This document shows positions 55,564-64,000 of a DNA stretch of 64,000 nucleotides, piece by piece. How positions within the stretch are numbered: position 1 is the stretch's first letter; each line of letters opens with the position of its first letter. Below the pieces are notes generated by a model. The model was not told the origin of the DNA. It made no database searches and saw only the letters and a list, made by a program, of their open reading frames with translations. Source of the DNA: Spirochaetia bacterium. GTDB taxonomy: Bacteria > Spirochaetota > Spirochaetia > UBA9216. The stretch is taken from NCBI GenBank assembly GCA_965140585.1, contig OZ223269.1:288001-352000 (forward strand). The letters are read 5' to 3'. Position numbers and translations under genes: made by a program.

Positions 55564-57150
55564 ATGGGCATTACAAGCAGCAATTTTTTTTCCTGGAAAT
55601 GCTTCATTCTCATATTCGCCTTTTTTATCCCAATCGAAAATCTTTTTTCAGATGAAAATTTGATAAATGCCGGATTTTTCCCCGCGGCTCCATTAGTTTC
55701 CGATACTGATGGCGAACCTGACGGCTTCTTTGTTGAATTACTGGAACGAATAGCCGAGGAAGACGGATGGCAGCTTAACTGGATAAAGGGGGCCTGGAAT
55801 GAACAGCTGCATCGGCTGGAAAAAGGCGAACTGGATATTTTACCGGCTGTCGGTCTGACTATGGAGAGAATGGATAAGTTCGATTTCTCCATTTTACCGG
55901 CCTATATTGACAGCGGTGTCCTGTATATTCGTAAAGATGATGAGATAAATGATCTTAAATCACTGGAAGGCAAAAAGGTTGCAGGTGTAGAAGGCAGTAT
56001 TTTTACAAAAGGTTTTATTGATTATTTGAGTTCTTTTGGTGTTGAATCCTCTATTCTTTATACATCAAATAATATTGAAGCTATGCAGTATCTTGAACAG
56101 GGAAAGGTCGATGCGGCTATCTGTATTTACTCGCTTGGAAATGAACTCACAAAGAGTTTTAATGTGAAGATCACATCTGTAACCTTCTCTCCAATCAATT
56201 TGATGTATGCGGTTAAAAAAGGAGAGTCTCAAGAATTTCTTGAATATTTAAATAGACGCCTATCTGAATTAATACACAATGAAAACAGTTATTACTATGA
56301 ATTATATCAAAAATGGATAAATCCGAAACCTGAATCATGGACTATCCCGATGTGGATTAAAAGTGCTGTGATGTTTCTGCTCCTTGCTGCTGGTATTATG
56401 ATAGTCTGGATAGTTTTACTTAGACTGAAGGTTAAAAGCAGAACTTGGACACTGGAAACTGAGGTAATAAAAAAGACAAAAGTAGAGGAGGAACTGAAAT
56501 CTGCACTTGAACAGAAAGATTTACTGCTTCATGAACTGTATCATCGAAATAAAAATACACTGCAAATGATATATGGAATGATACAGCTGAAATCATTCGA
56601 ATTTTCAGAGAACAGGTTAATCCATGAATTTGTTAAAAGCATGGGCAGCAGAATCATGGCGATCTCACTTGTCCATCAAATGCTCTACGAAGCCGATGAT
56701 TTTTCTAGAATTTCCCTCGATGCATATATAAAACAGCTTACAGATTTAAATATAGGCAGTTTTTCCGATATGGATACAGTGATTGATGCTGAGATTTCAG
56801 TTGATAAAATATACCTTGAAATAGATGCCGCAGTGCCTTTCGGGCTGGTTTTGAACGAGTTGATAACCAACTCGCTCAAATATGCTTTTAAGGAAACTAA
56901 AAGAGGTTTAATAAATATCACTCTGCATAAGACTGAAAATAACTATTATATTCTTGAGTACAGTGATGATGGAATTCAGATTGAAAATATTTCCGATATT
57001 TCAGATTCTTCAGGATTCGGAATCAGGATGATAAAAAAACTGGTTGAATCACAGCTGAACGGACGGCTTTACTTTTCTGCAGGTACTCCTAAGGGTCTGA
57101 CATGCAGAATAGAACTTCCGGAAACCCTCTATAACCCCAGGCTTTATTAA
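55564..57150 (+). CDS. Sensor histidine kinase, PBPb periplasmic domain, HisKA_2 type
   Basis: N-terminal solute-binding domain, TM, ELYHRNKNTLQ, VH..LY, NELITNSLKYAF, DDG, GFG. Confidence 0.88.
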   Translation: MGITSSNFFSWKCFILIFAFFIPIENLFSDENLINAGFFPAAPLVSDTDGEPDGFFVELLERIAEEDGWQLNWIKGAWNEQLHRLEKGELDILPAVGLTMERMDKFDFSILPAYIDSGVLYIRKDDEINDLKSLEGKKVAGVEGSIFTKGFIDYLSSFGVESSILYTSNNIEAMQYLEQGKVDAAICIYSLGNELTKSFNVKITSVTFSPINLMYAVKKGESQEFLEYLNRRLSELIHNENSYYYELYQKWINPKPESWTIPMWIKSAVMFLLLAAGIMIVWIVLLRLKVKSRTWTLETEVIKKTKVEEELKSALEQKDLLLHELYHRNKNTLQMIYGMIQLKSFEFSENRLIHEFVKSMGSRIMAISLVHQMLYEADDFSRISLDAYIKQLTDLNIGSFSDMDTVIDAEISVDKIYLEIDAAVPFGLVLNELITNSLKYAFKETKRGLINITLHKTENNYYILEYSDDGIQIENISDISDSSGFGIRMIKKLVESQLNGRLYFSAGTPKGLTCRIELPETLYNPRLY

Positions 57151-57155
57151 CTCCA

Positions 57156-57184
57156 TTGACTTTTTTCATGCCTACAGGTATATT
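57156..57184 (+). promoter_or_regulatory. Near-consensus sigma70 promoter
   Basis: TTGACT-N17-TATATT; AAGGAG RBS at 57240. Confidence 0.75.
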
Positions 57185-57251
57185 AACAGACCGGATTTTA
57201 TATCTGTAAATCAGTTATCAACCGCGGCAGGCGGTATGAAAGGAGATATTA

Positions 57252-57446
57252 ATGTCAAAATCACATAGAGGTTTTGGTGTTCGTGAGCTGGTCAATAACG
57301 GAAGAGGGAGCTGCCCTGTCTGCAAGAGAACCGGTATCAAAGTTATCTACGAATACTCTAAAGATGAGAAGAAATTCATGATCTGTAAGCAGTGTAAGGC
57401 AGCAATTGCAGCCGGAAAAAAGGCTGAAGCTGTAGCTGCTCTTTAA
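57252..57446 (+). CDS. Small basic zinc-finger protein (CPVC...CKQC)
   Basis: Own promoter, strong RBS, four Cys in two CxxC pairs, Lys/Arg-rich, followed by a terminator. Confidence 0.8.
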   Translation: MSKSHRGFGVRELVNNGRGSCPVCKRTGIKVIYEYSKDEKKFMICKQCKAAIAAGKKAEAVAAL

Positions 57447-58747
57447 TCATCAGATTCTGATGCTGAAAGCCCGGTTTTTTGACCGGGTTTTTTTTGTATC
57501 AGAAGGTCAGACATGTTCAGCGATGATACCTGATCTATACCAGTATACAAAATACGCTGGATTACTCTGGCCGCTTCCCTGTTGTATACGTTTCTAAACT
57601 GTATTTCCCCGAACAGTACTTTAACAACATCTTCAACATCCATTGACGTAAGACTTCGTGAAGGCACCAGAGCCTCTGAGTCTTCTCCTGTTGTTATCAG
57701 CAAATTAGAAGTTATCAGCAGATCGGTGACTGTTTTTATATCTTCAGTGGAAACTGCAAACTTAATGGCCAGTTCGTTGATGTCCGGCGCTTCTCCGCCT
57801 TCGTCGAATTTTTCAGCTATAAAGACAAAGACTTCAAGACCAAAGGCGGCTTTTTCAGCAGGCTGCATCTCTGAAGGTTCCTGTCTGGTCCATGGCTTGT
57901 TTCTATGCTGATGAAGCCAGGTCAGTTCCATAGCGGCAATAATGATTATCCAGAGAATATAAAGCCAGAAAAGAAAGACCGGTACAATTGCTATTGTTCC
58001 GTAAATTACAGATGCCCGCAAAGCCCAGCTGGATATGTTTACGAAGCCGAATTTCATAATTTCCCAGGCTATCGAGCCGAGCACCGCTGCAATAGCGGCA
58101 CTTGAAGGCTTAACTTTTGCCGATGGAGTGAGGATAATCAGCATGCTTATTATCATAAAATTGAACACAAAGGGTGAAATCGATATAAATACCCGGGTTA
58201 ATGCCTTTGCCTTATCGAAGATCCAGGGATTGATTCCCTTTGAGAGGGTAAGGCTTACAGTGATAAGCAAAGTTCCGAATATTATAACCGATGTGTAGGT
58301 TGTAAATTTAGAAAAGAAGTTGTTTTTAGGCTTGCTGCCCCATATTGCATTGAGATTGCTGCTTATGCTGTCCAGAAGAAAAACACTCGAAATTGTAAAA
58401 AAAACCAGTCCGACCACCCCAAGCTTTCCTGAGTTTTCCAGAAACTGTTCAAGAAGGGCTGTCGCCTCAGCTTGTCTGGTTGGAATCATAAGCTGAACAA
58501 TGAACTCTGTCAGTTTAGTTTGTGCTGAATCAAGAATTCCAAAGGAATTCATAAGGGAAATACCCAGCGCCGCAAGAGGCACAGCTGCAAGCAGGGTTGA
58601 ATATGCCATGCTTCCAGCCCTTGCAAGACCGTTGTCTCTCATAAATTTTGTATATGTATGCACTATGGTCTGCAGAAATATTATAACCAGCGATACCGGA
58701 AGCTTATAATGCGCAGGGTTGATGTTCATTAATCTGTTCATACTCAT
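57443..58747 (-). CDS. YihY/BrkB family membrane protein with C-terminal HTH
   Basis: AGSMAYSTLL..VP, LN.IW, YG..A.VP.FL.WLY..W; C-terminal winged-helix-like region. Confidence 0.88.
   Translation of the reverse strand: MSMNRLMNINPAHYKLPVSLVIIFLQTIVHTYTKFMRDNGLARAGSMAYSTLLAAVPLAALGISLMNSFGILDSAQTKLTEFIVQLMIPTRQAEATALLEQFLENSGKLGVVGLVFFTISSVFLLDSISSNLNAIWGSKPKNNFFSKFTTYTSVIIFGTLLITVSLTLSKGINPWIFDKAKALTRVFISISPFVFNFMIISMLIILTPSAKVKPSSAAIAAVLGSIAWEIMKFGFVNISSWALRASVIYGTIAIVPVFLFWLYILWIIIIAAMELTWLHQHRNKPWTRQEPSEMQPAEKAAFGLEVFVFIAEKFDEGGEAPDINELAIKFAVSTEDIKTVTDLLITSNLLITTGEDSEALVPSRSLTSMDVEDVVKVLFGEIQFRNVYNREAARVIQRILYTGIDQVSSLNMSDLLIQKKPGQKTGLSASESDD
57466..57495 (+). terminator. Rho-independent terminator overlapping the 3' end of the convergent gene
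   Basis: GCCCGGTT-TTTT-GACCGGGT then T run. Confidence 0.75.
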
Positions 58748-58805
58748 TTATCGGTAAGATCCGTCTCTAATTGAAATTATAACGATTTTACTCTATTATA
58801 ACATT

Positions 58806-60257
58806 ATGATAGAAAAAGCGTTACCGGAGCTTAGCGGTTCCGTTATATTTTTTACAGGAATAAAGGGAACAGGAATGACGGCACTTGCCGAGATTTTTCG
58901 AAGCAGGGGAGCAATTGTTACCGGTTCCGATGTTGATGAACATTTTTATACAGATGAGATCCTTACCCAGCTTGGAATCCCGGTTTTCAAGGGTTTCAGC
59001 CCCGATAATATTCCGGAAAGCACAGATCTTCTTGTTTATTCAGCGGCTTATTCGCTGACCGAGCATCCTGAACTTACAGCCGCTGCTGAACGCGGTATCA
59101 GGATGATGAGCTATGCAGAGGCTCTCGGCTCTTTATCAAGAATGAGCCGGTCAGCGGCCATAGCAGGAGTACATGGTAAAACCACTACAACTGCAATGAC
59201 AGGGACTATTCTAAATGCGCTGGAACTGCCGGCTTCAATATTAACCGGATCTGCAGCAGCCAACTTCGGCGGCAGATCCACTCTTGTTAAGGGTAATGAT
59301 TATTTTGTAGCTGAAACCTGTGAGTATAAAAGAAATTTCCTGAACTTCAGCCCCCAGTGGCTGGTTATTACCAGTGTTGAACCCGATCATCTGGATTACT
59401 ACCGTGATTATGATGATATACTCAGCGCATTTGTAGAATACGGTATGAAGCTCAGCAATGGCGGGGCACTTATTTACTGTGCAGATGATGCGGGTGCGTC
59501 TGAAGCGGCTGAACGTATAAGGGCCAACAGAGATGATGTAAGACTTGTGCCTTACGGTCTTACCGTTGACGGCGATTTTGGGCTTACTGACCTTCTACAG
59601 GCTGACGGAGAAACCAGTTTTAAAATCAACAGATTCCCTTCAGTAAAAATGAAACTTCTCGTTCCCGGAACTCATAATGTTCTCAATGCAGCTGCTGCAA
59701 TTGCCGTGGCCTGTCAGCTTCTTGATATAGAAGACCGCGGCCGTGATTCCGGTGAGCTTATTTCAGAGGCTCTCGCCGGATTCAGGGGAACCAAACGCAG
59801 AAGTGAGATACTTGGAAGCTCCGGCGATATAGTTTTCATGGATGATTACGGACACCATCCTGCTGCAATAAAAACCACTCTCCGCGGACTCAGGGATTTT
59901 TATCCAAATAGACGGATAATTGTCGATTTCATGAGCCATACGTACTCAAGAACCGAAGCCCTCCTTGATGATTTCAGCAAATCCTTTGATGCAGCGGATG
60001 TTGTAATTCTTCATAAAATCTATGCCTCGGCAAGAGAAAAACAGGGAACTGTCCGCGGTCAGGATCTTTATGAGCAGACAAAGAAAAACCACAGTGCTGT
60101 TCAGTATTTCGAAGAAGTAATGGACGCAAAAGACTTTGTTATAAACGAACTCAAACCCGGTGACCTTTTTGTAACGATGGGTGCCGGTGATAACTGGAAA
60201 CTCGGCGAGTCGGTTTACAGTTATTTTAAAGAAGAACAATACGGATGTACTGAATGA
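58806..60257 (+). CDS. murC: UDP-N-acetylmuramate--L-alanine ligase
   Basis: GIKGTGM..LA, AGVHGKTTTT, E.CEY, EPDHLD, DDYGHHP, H.YSRT, MGAGD. Confidence 0.95.
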   Translation: MIEKALPELSGSVIFFTGIKGTGMTALAEIFRSRGAIVTGSDVDEHFYTDEILTQLGIPVFKGFSPDNIPESTDLLVYSAAYSLTEHPELTAAAERGIRMMSYAEALGSLSRMSRSAAIAGVHGKTTTTAMTGTILNALELPASILTGSAAANFGGRSTLVKGNDYFVAETCEYKRNFLNFSPQWLVITSVEPDHLDYYRDYDDILSAFVEYGMKLSNGGALIYCADDAGASEAAERIRANRDDVRLVPYGLTVDGDFGLTDLLQADGETSFKINRFPSVKMKLLVPGTHNVLNAAAAIAVACQLLDIEDRGRDSGELISEALAGFRGTKRRSEILGSSGDIVFMDDYGHHPAAIKTTLRGLRDFYPNRRIIVDFMSHTYSRTEALLDDFSKSFDAADVVILHKIYASAREKQGTVRGQDLYEQTKKNHSAVQYFEEVMDAKDFVINELKPGDLFVTMGAGDNWKLGESVYSYFKEEQYGCTE

Positions 60258-61120
60258 AAAGCATGACCGGATACGGCTATACCGAGTTCCAGGATGAGAA
60301 AATCCATATCACTCTTGAGATTAAATCATACAATAACAGATACCTTGATATTATTATCAATCAGCCGGTATTTCTTAATCCGCTTGAAGCAGAGCTGCGT
60401 AAGTTTATCTCAAGCAGGGCTGAAAGGGGCAGAGTTGAAGTATATATCAGGGTAAGGGAACTTGAAGAGGATATAGTTGTCCATCTTGATAAACCTGCTG
60501 TCGCTGTATATTCAGAAACCCTGAATAAAATTAAGGAGCTTGCCGGTATTGAGCAGAGCCTTGAACTTTCTCATTTTCTTGCCCTCGACGGGATTCTTAA
60601 AACTGAAAAAAAGCGGGATATTGATCATTACCGTGAACTGCTTGCGCCGATGTATGAGGAAGGCTTCAGACAGTGGGATGCTTCAAGACAGAAAGAGGGA
60701 GCAGAAACAGAAGCCGATATACGTAATAATATAAACGGAATCTACAGTGCCCTTGAACTCTTTGAGCAGAAGGGTGACGAGATGGAATCCGAAATCAGAA
60801 ACGGAATTGCTTCAAAATTTCAGGAAGTGCTGGGAAGTGAAATTGATGAGCAGCGGATTCTTACTGAAACAGCAGTCCTGCTGGTAAAATATACAATCAA
60901 TGAAGAGATTATGCGTCTTCGCGGCCATCTTGATTCCTTCATTGAGGGGGTAGAGTCAGGGGAAGCCGTCGGAAAAAAGCTCGACTTTATTTGCCAGGAA
61001 ATTAACCGTGAGGTGAACACAATCGGTTCTAAATCGACAATATTTGAAGTGAATAAAAGGGTTGTTGAAGTAAAAGACAACCTTGAAAAGATTCGGGAAC
61101 AGCTGAGGAATGTTGAATAG
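60254..61120 (+). CDS. yicC: YicC/YloC endoribonuclease
   Basis: SMTGYG, S.NNRYLD, RGRVE, GKKLDF..QE.NRE.NTIGSK, REQ..NVE. Confidence 0.95.
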   Translation: MKSMTGYGYTEFQDEKIHITLEIKSYNNRYLDIIINQPVFLNPLEAELRKFISSRAERGRVEVYIRVRELEEDIVVHLDKPAVAVYSETLNKIKELAGIEQSLELSHFLALDGILKTEKKRDIDHYRELLAPMYEEGFRQWDASRQKEGAETEADIRNNINGIYSALELFEQKGDEMESEIRNGIASKFQEVLGSEIDEQRILTETAVLLVKYTINEEIMRLRGHLDSFIEGVESGEAVGKKLDFICQEINREVNTIGSKSTIFEVNKRVVEVKDNLEKIREQLRNVE

Positions 61121-61648
61121 ATGAAAAAGGATATCAAGATAGCCATATCAGGCAAGAGCGGCTGCGGTAATACAACTGTAACCGGTCTTGTTGCTGAAAA
61201 ACTTGGACTGAAAATGATTAACTATACCTTCAGGCAGATGGCTGATGAAATGGGAATTCCTTTTGAAGAGCTTCATGCTATGACCAAGGATGATTTTTCA
61301 TATGACCGAAAGCTTGATAACCGGAATGTTGAGCTGGCTATGGAAGGAAACTGTGTATACGGAAGCCGCCTTGCTATCTGGATGCTTAAAGAGGCTGACC
61401 TGAAAATTTATTTAACAGCTTCCGATGAGGTCAGGGCTTCAAGAATTCACAATAGGGAAGGCGGAGATTCGAAGGCCATTGCCGATTTTACAAAAAAAAG
61501 GGATCAAAATGATTCCGAGCGTTACCGTCAGATATACGACATTGATAATAATGATTTTGCCTTTGCTGATCTTATCATAAATGTAGACCGTTTCAATCAG
61601 TATCAGGTTGCAGATATCATAATAAAAGCTGCGGAATCTTTACAATAA
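61121..61648 (+). CDS. cmk: Archaeal-type cytidylate kinase-like nucleoside monophosphate kinase
   Basis: ISGKSGCGNTT P-loop, FRQMA..MG, D..LD, SRLA.W, RA.RI..REG, RD..D..RY..IY.ID. Confidence 0.75.
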   Translation: MKKDIKIAISGKSGCGNTTVTGLVAEKLGLKMINYTFRQMADEMGIPFEELHAMTKDDFSYDRKLDNRNVELAMEGNCVYGSRLAIWMLKEADLKIYLTASDEVRASRIHNREGGDSKAIADFTKKRDQNDSERYRQIYDIDNNDFAFADLIINVDRFNQYQVADIIIKAAESLQ

Positions 61649-61702
61649 AGCCGAATTTTGTTATATTTTATTATAAATTTGAAAGAAATCCAGGAGTAGC
61701 CG

Positions 61703-61894
61703 ATGATTCTTCCTCTCTATAAACTTATTGATCTTCAGGAAGATGTATATGCCTGTACATCTGCAATTATCAAAAGAGCACAGCAGGTTACCGTTGCAGG
61801 TGATGAAGACCTCGATAGAAATAACGGCAAGGTTGTATCAACTGCAATAGATCAGATTCTTACATCTAAAGTTGAATACGCAATAGAGGACTAA
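61703..61894 (+). CDS. rpoZ: RNA polymerase omega subunit (spirochaete type)
   Basis: Y......IKRAQQ...K.V..AI pattern; position after yicC-kinase; AGGAG RBS. Confidence 0.75.
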   Translation: MILPLYKLIDLQEDVYACTSAIIKRAQQVTVAGDEDLDRNNGKVVSTAIDQILTSKVEYAIED

Positions 61895-61904
61895 ATACCG
61901 GTAA

Positions 61905-62837
61905 ATGGGCAGTATACCGGTTGTCCTGATTTTTGGACCTACCGCAACTGGGAAAACCAATCTTCTTCTTTCACCAGTCTTTAATAATTCAGAAATAATA
62001 AACGCAGACTCAATGCAGGTATATCGCGGAATGGATATCGGCACGGCCAAGCCGTCTGCTGATTTTCTGGGCGAAGTTAAGCATCACTTGATCGATATTC
62101 GTGAGCCCTCAATGCAGTTTCATGCCGGAGATTTCGTCCGTCTTGCAGATGAGCTTTGTTCCGATATCTTTCATCGTCAAAAGCTTCCAGTCATCTGCGG
62201 AGGTACAGGCTTTTATTTTAAAAATTTTATTTTCGGACTGCCTGAGGCTCCTGCTTCTTCAGAAGAAATCAGGGTCAGGCTTGAAAAACGTCTGCAGACC
62301 GAAGGTCCATCTGAATTACTCAAAGAACTCGCACAGGTTGACCCTGTATCCGCAGAACGAATAGAAAAAAATGATCATTACAGACTTGTCCGGACACTGG
62401 AGGTTTTTCAAAATACCGGTAAACCTCTCTCTGATTATAAGATTCCCGATACCCCTAGAGGCGGTTACAGGTTTTTTCTGATAGGGCTGGATCGTCCGCG
62501 GGATGAGCTTTACCGGAGAATAAATGAACGTGTAGAACAGATGCTCGATGAAGGACTTGAATCCGAGTTTAAGAAATTAAAAGAAGCTGGATACGGCCCC
62601 GAAGATCCGGGGATGAAGGCAATAGGCTACAGTGAATTTTTTGATTATGAATCAGGAAAGACAAGCTTTGAAAAAACTGTTGAGCTAATAAAACGCAATT
62701 CCAGACGTTATGCAAAGCGGCAGATTACTTTCTTCCGTCAGCTCCCTGATATCAACTGGTACAGTCCGGAAGACCTGGAAGGAATATCAGACGCTGTCAG
62801 GGAATTTGCCGTAACAACTCAGCAGAAGAATCGCTAA
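61905..62837 (+). CDS. miaA: tRNA dimethylallyltransferase
   Basis: GPTATGKT, NADSMQVYRGMDIGTAKP, HHLID, GGTGFY, AIGY.E, RRYAKRQ.TFF. Confidence 0.96.
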   Translation: MGSIPVVLIFGPTATGKTNLLLSPVFNNSEIINADSMQVYRGMDIGTAKPSADFLGEVKHHLIDIREPSMQFHAGDFVRLADELCSDIFHRQKLPVICGGTGFYFKNFIFGLPEAPASSEEIRVRLEKRLQTEGPSELLKELAQVDPVSAERIEKNDHYRLVRTLEVFQNTGKPLSDYKIPDTPRGGYRFFLIGLDRPRDELYRRINERVEQMLDEGLESEFKKLKEAGYGPEDPGMKAIGYSEFFDYESGKTSFEKTVELIKRNSRRYAKRQITFFRQLPDINWYSPEDLEGISDAVREFAVTTQQKNR

Positions 62838-63388
62838 ATATCCTTTTCGCCGAACACAATAGCAGTAAAAAGATAAATCTCCATTGCAGGATCTTTCCAT
62901 GCATCCGGTGGAAGCCCGGCTTTCAGGCATGTATGCTGTACAAATCTGTCGCGGTCCCAGCCCTGCTCGATTGGTACCTGTGGAAGAAGCACCCCGGAGT
63001 GATATCCCTTTTTCATGAAGATGCCGTGCTTACCAACCTCAATTTCATTCACACCAGCTGCCTGATGCAGGGGAGAAAGGACAGATATTTCAATATCAAT
63101 CATATTCCACTCGCCTTTGGTCAGCGGTGGAAATCTGGGATCTTCAAAGGCCGCCGCGTGTGCCATTTCTTTAACTGTGGTAATTAACGGAAGTCTCCCG
63201 ACAATATTTCCAATACAGCCTCTAAGGCTTCCGGTAATATGAAGTGTAACAAAGGCTCCGCAGATTTCATTGAGAACCCCCGAAGCTTCGGGATATTCAG
63301 GATCTTCGCCGAAAAGTTCTGTCCTTATTCTTCCGCGTGCCGTTTGTATAAGAGCCGACTTCTCGTCGCCGGTGAGAGTGAAATCCAT
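62834..63388 (-). CDS. amrA: AMMECR1-domain protein (AmmeMemoRadiSam protein A)
   Basis: GAFVTL...LRGCIG, AAFEDPRFPP, EISVLS, G.HG, LLPQV..EQGW, KAGL. Confidence 0.9.
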   Translation of the reverse strand: MDFTLTGDEKSALIQTARGRIRTELFGEDPEYPEASGVLNEICGAFVTLHITGSLRGCIGNIVGRLPLITTVKEMAHAAAFEDPRFPPLTKGEWNMIDIEISVLSPLHQAAGVNEIEVGKHGIFMKKGYHSGVLLPQVPIEQGWDRDRFVQHTCLKAGLPPDAWKDPAMEIYLFTAIVFGEKDI

Positions 63389-63402
63389 TTCATCCTCCTT
63401 TT

Positions 63403-64000
63403 TTAATTCTCCGGGTTCATAATCCGGTCTATCCGCCTTTGATCAAGTATAACCGAAAGATTCTTTTCCTGGGTCGGCAGAACAAGCCCTGTTTTACCAT
63501 CTTTTGCCCTTCGAAGGTACTTGACCTGGGTATAATAGAGTTCTGCCTTCCCTGAGTTCCTGGCCTTACTGTAGAAGAGCGCCAGATTTCCTGCATCAAG
63601 CAGAATATCCAGTGGAACTGATTTCCCGGGCAATGTTTTAATGAATACATATCCGCCGGGATAATCTCTAGTATGCAGCCATATATCATTACCGCGGACG
63701 TGCTTTCGAAGCAGCTGATCATTCTCGGTTGCGCTGCGGCCTACAAGTATTCTGTACATTCCGGATCTGAAACTGAGTCCGGGAGTTGATTCTTTTTCTT
63801 TTGTCTTCTGTTGCTGCTTCGGTGAAGATTCCGAGATTTTTTTTAGAAGTGACGAATCCTCAGTTGTTTCTGCTATTAAAAGATCCCCTCTCAGGTTTTT
63901 AAGCTGGAGCCTGTGATTTTCAATATCCTCATTAACTATATCAATACCGGATTTTGCTTTTCTGTACATTGTATAGTATTTTTCCGCATTCTTTTCAGCA
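63403..64000 (-). CDS. NFACT/RqcH-like protein, C-terminal part (5' end outside window)
   Basis: Frame open to window edge (AEKNAEKYYTMYRKAK); ILVGRSA.END.L, DIWLH..DYPG.YV, A..LA..YSK NFACT-R motifs. Confidence 0.85.
   Translation of the reverse strand, partial: AEKNAEKYYTMYRKAKSGIDIVNEDIENHRLQLKNLRGDLLIAETTEDSSLLKKISESSPKQQQKTKEKESTPGLSFRSGMYRILVGRSATENDQLLRKHVRGNDIWLHTRDYPGGYVFIKTLPGKSVPLDILLDAGNLALFYSKARNSGKAELYYTQVKYLRRAKDGKTGLVLPTQEKNLSVILDQRRIDRIMNPEN

Noticed and set aside
192-63722. Many short alternative-frame and antisense ORFs in the track (e.g. 577-984, 2390-2866, 4586-5155, 47008-47460, 51449-51805)
   Set aside because: They lie within well-supported genes and have no motifs or RBS; treated as shadow ORFs.

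Overview
Gene-dense 64-kb bacterial window, very probably from an anaerobic, free-living spirochaete. The murC-yicC-cmk-like-rpoZ-miaA order and an 'FASGQGE'-type solute-binding-protein signal support this. No rRNA, tRNA, CRISPR array, prophage or intact transposase was seen. 1-22.9 kb is an anaerobic catabolic island. It holds crotonase, SDR, two atypical 3-hydroxyacyl-CoA dehydrogenases, thiolase and a two-subunit CoA transferase, then a membrane AraC regulator. A radical SAM/PDZ/DUF512-like gene is coupled to a cytoplasmic Cys-ligated Mo/W-bisPGD enzyme. Divergent from these lie a NuoG-N/GltD fusion with a flavin-less HydB/NuoF C-terminal fragment, an MBL hydrolase and an atypical OYE flavoenzyme, followed by a LysR and a sugar-type ABC importer. 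23-30.6 kb is a six-gene, highly acidic Lol-like envelope operon (ATPase, two FtsX permeases, LolA-like carrier, beta-barrel, lipoprotein). 30.6-46.7 kb is mixed housekeeping and stress genes (MutS-V protein, kinase, mtnP+mtnN, kbaZ-like, TetR/MATE, GyrI, nitroreductase, MCP). 46.7-52.3 kb is a self-contained glycyl radical enzyme locus: MerR regulator, a 19-bp-spacer MerR promoter, activase, a GRE with an unusual GCLD Cys loop, and a MatC/SLC13-like carboxylate carrier. 52.5-64 kb is repair/regulatory genes followed by core spirochaete genes. The best candidates for undescribed biology are the GRE locus, the Lol-like export operon and the Mo-enzyme/radical SAM/Fe-S module. All family calls come from motif recognition by eye; no searches were run.
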